This document shows positions 8,701 to 10,980 of a stretch of 10,980 bases of DNA, piece by piece. Positions within the stretch are counted from its first letter, which is position 1. Every line of letters begins with the position of its first letter. The position numbers were made by a program, and so were the translations under genes. Source of the DNA: Candidatus Bathyarchaeota archaeon (GTDB lineage Archaea; Thermoproteota; Bathyarchaeia; Bathyarchaeales; Bathycorpusculaceae); the NCBI GenBank assembly GCA_963739305.1, contig CAVTZU010000030.1:1-10980 (forward strand), read 5' to 3'. The notes beneath the pieces were generated by a model. It was not told the DNA's origin and did not search any database. It worked only from the letters and a program-made list of their open reading frames with translations.

Positions 8701-8784
8701 AATATAGACATCAACGGTGACAGTATCGTCGACATCTACGATGCCATAATCTTAGCAGGACACTTCAACCAACACTTCCCATAA
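5704..8784 (+). CDS. Large secreted multidomain surface glycoprotein: LecA/PA-IL-like domain, Ig-like, SdrD B-like, helical region, CARDB, dockerin-like pair
   Basis: Signal peptide MFRKTVSVAMLVLILVGMFAPAF. WVDSGISLSFGDDVSITATG...ALIA...GELIFAVND...NNIGSFTVTI (PA-IL-like). ITGIIYRDDNGNGIRDPGEPPVSGATV (SdrD B/Cna-B). HEVAVANL...NATVQNLG...PGETNTSDN (CARDB). Duplicated GDVNGDFTVDIYDAIMLAGHF / DINGDSIVDIYDAIILAGHF (dockerin-like, ~8605-8781). Many N-x-S/T sequons. Confidence 0.88.
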   Translation: MFRKTVSVAMLVLILVGMFAPAFNLQSARCESATTVVVPGAAGQLPPPDSWVDSGISLSFGDDVSITATGRVSWDQGYNWAGPDGDPSWPSSNGFDNPILPGAPVAALIANIGGGPIFLVGSGPTAANGEGELIFAVNDQIGGNYNNIGSFTVTIVRARGQFTIHWASQYYGVTAGEQTSFVIYLDYTAGFSGLVKLSFQGLPTGCVGQFDIAEAQAPTVPYRTLFVTTPSNLNNGTYTFTVKGESGSVSQTIPVTLTVGTGEITGIIYRDDNGNGIRDPGEPPVSGATVGYYATQNYMNLYQTGVTSDANGAFTLVNVPFNVDNEVDATATGLRQRDIRMNIMNRPETQLNIGMSTPPASGWSTCTQFNIAFSSVSFSEYLRPCVEAYNLLHPFDQISIDSINSLPPVNFYTITQSSSADQAEFAQALSQFLGITSPQGYNPAYVYILEFPFLQTINALFGASIQGPITIPIPPSSGVSLLLSAQSISTTPGGNVILAFTFSKTTNSAKGIFDLLRALASTLVTIAKMDPVDLIKDGVDLFKATIETSGEDSINVITSDLYQTGQLTSYTLIDMVHIADTLSTLTTAGGIVKKTIHLLMHGTAAASLIDVPDDVRTILDALDLTLEILPYMPAMSFLQNNTLFQLFMTGEGIIVSAVDPNGTTIVPSVLDMTGSLVVGYNFTSGDVTYASIEGILVPAAGDWLVLLNESASNPVSYTVCLSAMGGNASVPYNLQILSSNQNVTAIGYSGMVFGGTSLTIPVDVAPNGTLVQQDYLEPSLSVNETGNIFDFFATGFLSNGSLVPIDEAYLNINGSQYEMTQINSSTYQIQIGINSSSPIQFNVYMISYSVPGGFATGTLRHEVAVANLTLAKTIVGLGYGLGLNATVQNLGDFDETLNVTIYANSTALNQTEIGVSSTDSSIMPFTWNTSGFAEGNFTLKVCVEPLPGETNTSDNNATYTLVKVTIPGDVNGDFTVDIYDAIMLAGHFNQTPANPLWSANIDINGDSIVDIYDAIILAGHFNQHFP

Positions 8785-8834
8785 CTTCAGACCAGCCACG
8801 TTCATTTGTTCAGTTGCCGACGGCGGTCAACCAC

Positions 8835-8847
8835 TCACGCTCGCGCT
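8835..8847 (+). repeat. 13-bp direct repeat TCACGCTCGCGCT
   Basis: Identical to 74-86; both copies lie near a 26-bp palindrome copy. Confidence 0.6.
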
Positions 8848-8868
8848 GCGCATTGAGCTTAGCGCGCA

Positions 8869-8900
8869 GTTTGGGGTAAAGTTTTATCCCAAACCCAAAC
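8869..8900. repeat. 26-bp quasi-palindrome plus CCAAAC tail (copy C)
   Basis: GTTTGGGGTAAA-GT-TTTATCCCAAAC (arms 11/12 complementary) followed by CCAAAC; flanked by TTAGCGCGCAG (8859-8869) and GCGAGCGCTAG (8907-8917, 10/11 to the 11-mer consensus). Confidence 0.85.
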
Positions 8901-8968
8901 CTTGGAGCGAGCGCTAGTAGAGATAAATAGCCTGACTGACAAGATAGAAATGAGAAGGACAACCTGAA

Positions 8969-9484
8969 ATGCGAAGACAGAAGACATTAACTCTTGTCGC
9001 ACTGTCAGTTACCGTTTTGATTCTCATGTCTTTCCTGACTCCAAGAGTCGTTTTCCCTGATCCTATCGGGAATCCAAATGATCGGGTCATCATTGAAGGA
9101 GCGCATATTGTCAGCGAAGGTGCATATTTCCGCTTTTTTGTTAAGAACAACTATTCTCAGCCTATATACGTTGCACTTGATGACAATGAAAAAGTCTACA
9201 TTTCAGCTTATAATTCAACGGATTTCGACGTCGTTGCACCTCAAGTCTTCTTTCCATGTGAAAACATTGTCTACACCTTCAAAATCCATCTGGCTTATCT
9301 TACAGACCCTGATTATGTGAGTGACAAACTCGAATACACGGTGCTGGTTGTTAGCACAATCTTCGTGCAAATATACAACTTCATCCTTCCATTTCTCATA
9401 ATCACATTAGGAATAGTAATTATTGCCTATTGTTTACTAGTAAGACGAACACGTGCACGCAGGATCAAAGCGCGTGCGCTATAG
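8969..9484 (+). CDS. Hypothetical membrane-anchored protein (N- and C-terminal TM, beta-rich middle domain)
   Basis: GAAGGA RBS-like sequence upstream; basic N-terminus plus hydrophobic helix; C-terminal TM plus Arg-rich tail. Confidence 0.75.
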   Translation: MRRQKTLTLVALSVTVLILMSFLTPRVVFPDPIGNPNDRVIIEGAHIVSEGAYFRFFVKNNYSQPIYVALDDNEKVYISAYNSTDFDVVAPQVFFPCENIVYTFKIHLAYLTDPDYVSDKLEYTVLVVSTIFVQIYNFILPFLIITLGIVIIAYCLLVRRTRARRIKARAL

Positions 9485-9506
9485 ACTAAGAATTGCAGAA
9501 AACAAA

Positions 9507-9530
9507 GCTAAGCGCGCGCGCTAGCAATTC
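9507..9530. repeat. GCGCGCGCTAG junction motif in a bulged hairpin between convergent genes
   Basis: AGCGCGCGCGCT palindrome at 9511-9522; GCGCGCGCTAG 11/11 at 9514-9524; GAATTGC(9490-9496)/GCAATTC(9524-9530) inverted repeat. Confidence 0.75.
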
Positions 9531-9563
9531 AATAAAACCTTTGGGTTAGCTCGGACACGCCCT

Positions 9564-9755
9564 TTATGTATCAGAAGTTTCAATCAAGTTACGTACAGCT
9601 ATTGCCTTATCAGAACTTTCATTGAACTTATAATATCGGATTCTCTTGCCAAACATGATATGCTGAAGGACACCCTCTGCCTCAAGGGCTTCAAGGTGCT
9701 TGGCGGCACTAGCATAGTTCACGCCAACTAGCCTAGCGATTTCCGATGGCGTCAC
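9564..9755 (-). CDS. Short or 5'-truncated winged helix-turn-helix (ArsR-like) regulator
   Basis: TPSEIARLVGVNYASAAKHLEALEAEGVLQHIMFGKRIRYYKF forms an HTH plus wing. Plausible GTG at 9755 overlaps the TGA of the upstream gene (GTGA). The first wHTH helix appears absent, and the ORF-track extension to 9842 overlaps another gene. Confidence 0.7.
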   Translation of the reverse strand: MTPSEIARLVGVNYASAAKHLEALEAEGVLQHIMFGKRIRYYKFNESSDKAIAVRNLIETSDT

Positions 9756-9964
9756 GCTTGTTTCCAGGTTTGGCGTAGGATTACTCCCAGAACCATAATC
9801 ATCAAGCCCAAAACGAACAGCGGTGGTCCATATGCAGCCCATGACACGTCATAAGCGGGTCTTGACGGAAAAAAATAAAGAGTCATGATAAATCCGCCAA
9901 TCATCATAAGTGCCCCAACAAGGTAACATGCAAGGATGGCATCTTCGCGGTCACTGTCTTTCAT
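9752..9964 (-). CDS. Small hypothetical membrane protein (2 TM helices)
   Basis: AILACYLVGALMMIGGFIMTLYFF and YGPPLFVLGLMIMVLGVIL; ATG at 9964 with TATA-like GCTATATA on the - strand at 9991-9998. Confidence 0.7.
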   Translation of the reverse strand: MKDSDREDAILACYLVGALMMIGGFIMTLYFFPSRPAYDVSWAAYGPPLFVLGLMIMVLGVILRQTWKQA

Positions 9965-10055
9965 AATCAATCATTTCAGTCTTCGACTTCTATATAGCAC
10001 TTTATTGCGCGCCAGAATGTAGAAAGTGCGGAAGGCGTCATCGCTGTTACCCTAG

Positions 10056-10801
10056 CTATGTTGCCTCCGCCGAGTTCTTAGCGCACGATTTCATCGCCCC
10101 ATTACTACCCTCATTTGAAGGAGAGTTCTCAAGAGGCTCAGGGTAACCGTGAACAGGAAAAGCCTTCGACATATCCAACAGTTCAGAAATAGTAAGGAGT
10201 TCCAAGTCTTTAGGTGTCCCAATAAATCGGCAGATCAGGCCAGTTTTGCCGTTAATGGTGTTTGGTACTGTCACAACGCGCATTGGATCAACGGAAACCG
10301 TGAAATGTCGTTTATCAAAGACATGGGTTTATTTTTGCAGAAGCTTAGTGAATTTGAACCTTGCCGCATGGTGAGCCCATATCGGGTCGTTCCAGTGGTA
10401 TTGGACCCAGTCGTAATAGTTGAAGTCCATAACGTGAACGTGGAAGCCTTGGCAACCGCTGAAAACAACAGCTATCTTTGAGTAGTATTGTTTTATAGCC
10501 TCGCAAAGATGCAGCGTTAACCCTTACTCATGTCCAAGCATTCTTCGCAGACATACCAGTGTTCGTCAACCTTGTGCTTATGAGGAAAAATAACCAGGTA
10601 ACTATCAACGTCAATAACGTATTCGCCGTTCACTGGAACGCAGTATTGAGCCTTGCACTTCTTTCCAACACGCTCAGGAAACAACCAGTTCAGCACGGAG
10701 AAATAGACGTGCATGGGCTTGAGTTTCCAACAGTAAAACCGCAAGTCCTTAGCTGATAAGCGGTTTTCAAAGGTGTTGAGCCTGACGAATCGGCCATCAG
10801 C
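10056..10801 (-). pseudogene. Archaeo-eukaryotic primase (PriS-like) pseudogene
   Basis: Reconstructed: ADGRFVRLNTFENRLSAKDLRFYCWKLKPMHVYFSVLNWLFPE...GEYVIDVD (motif I, DxD 10604-10612)...VCEECLDMSK[frameshift 10521-10522]LTLHLCEAIKQYYSKIAVVFSGCQGFHVHV (motif II, 10440-10460)...LLQK*[TAA 10329-10331]THVFDKRHFTVSVDPMRVVTVPNTINGKTGLIC... There is no start codon between the GCGC motif and the upstream in-frame TGA (10814-10816). Confidence 0.85.
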
Positions 10802-10812
10802 GCGCGCGATAG
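10799..10812. repeat. GCGCGCGCTAG-family motif at the truncation point of the primase gene
   Basis: AGCGCGCGCGATAG; 10802-10812 matches the consensus at 10/11. Confidence 0.7.
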
Positions 10813-10980
10813 ATCAGCTCAAAAAACCACTGTTACTCAAACATTATAATGGGAAAGCCTTATTTATTTACCATGCAGCAATACCACAAACAAAGGATTT
10901 GAAGATAAAACGGGCAAGGAGTAAAGGATGTTTCATATCAAATCAAACGTACATAGCCTACCTATGACTCAAGCATACAT

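Noticed and set aside
8630-8771. Nucleotide repeat at 99-bp spacing as a DGR-like TR/VR pair
   Set aside because: It is the internal duplication of the dockerin domain; differences are mostly synonymous and not adenine-specific, and no reverse transcriptase is present.
1-8900. CRISPR array from the 26-bp palindromic repeat
   Set aside because: Copies are kilobases apart and in mixed orientation, with no regular spacers and no cas genes.
74-9320. Short alternative-frame and antisense ORFs nested in the long genes (e.g. 833-1237, 3540-3785, 4680-4922, 7098-7364, 9078-9320)
   Set aside because: They overlap well-supported CDSs and have no recognisable motifs.
10149-10756. ORFs 10149-10481(+), 10271-10468(-) and 10559-10756(+)
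   Set aside because: Shadow or off-frame ORFs over the primase pseudogene, whose catalytic motifs lie in other frames.
10773-10980. ORF 10773-10967(+) and a possible gene start at ATG 10928 (AGGAG upstream) running off the window
   Set aside because: The first crosses the junction motif and AT-rich promoter-like DNA; the second has only 17 codons visible, too little to support a call.

Overview
Archaeal accessory island, probably from a Bathyarchaeia-like lineage (inferred from TATA-type promoters, C-terminal dockerin-like and CARDB domains, a PEF-CTERM sorting signal and a PriS-like relic). The + strand carries a co-oriented run of surface or membrane genes: an Asp-box beta-propeller with dockerin, a small 2-TM protein, a secreted PEF-CTERM cyclophilin, a 1026-aa LecA-like/SdrD-B/CARDB/dockerin protein and a 2-TM protein. 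These surround a core of two small ORFs, a tyrosine recombinase with Asp in place of the first catalytic Arg, and a DUF3800 (RNase H-like) gene preceded by a compact three-way-junction RNA-like structure. The - strand right end holds a short winged HTH, a small membrane gene and a PriS/AEP primase pseudogene that the ORF track splits into pieces. Two motif families recur at gene boundaries: a 26-bp quasi-palindrome GTTTGGGGTAAAGTTTTATCCCAAAC (three copies, one partial, one inverted) and an 11-mer GCGCGCGCTAG (six copies with at most 1 mismatch, plus weaker ones). One 11-mer copy sits where the primase gene is 5'-truncated. The main candidate novel systems are (i) a non-attC, recombinase-linked cassette or inversion system for surface genes and (ii) an archaeal DUF3800-ncRNA module. 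No database searches were run.
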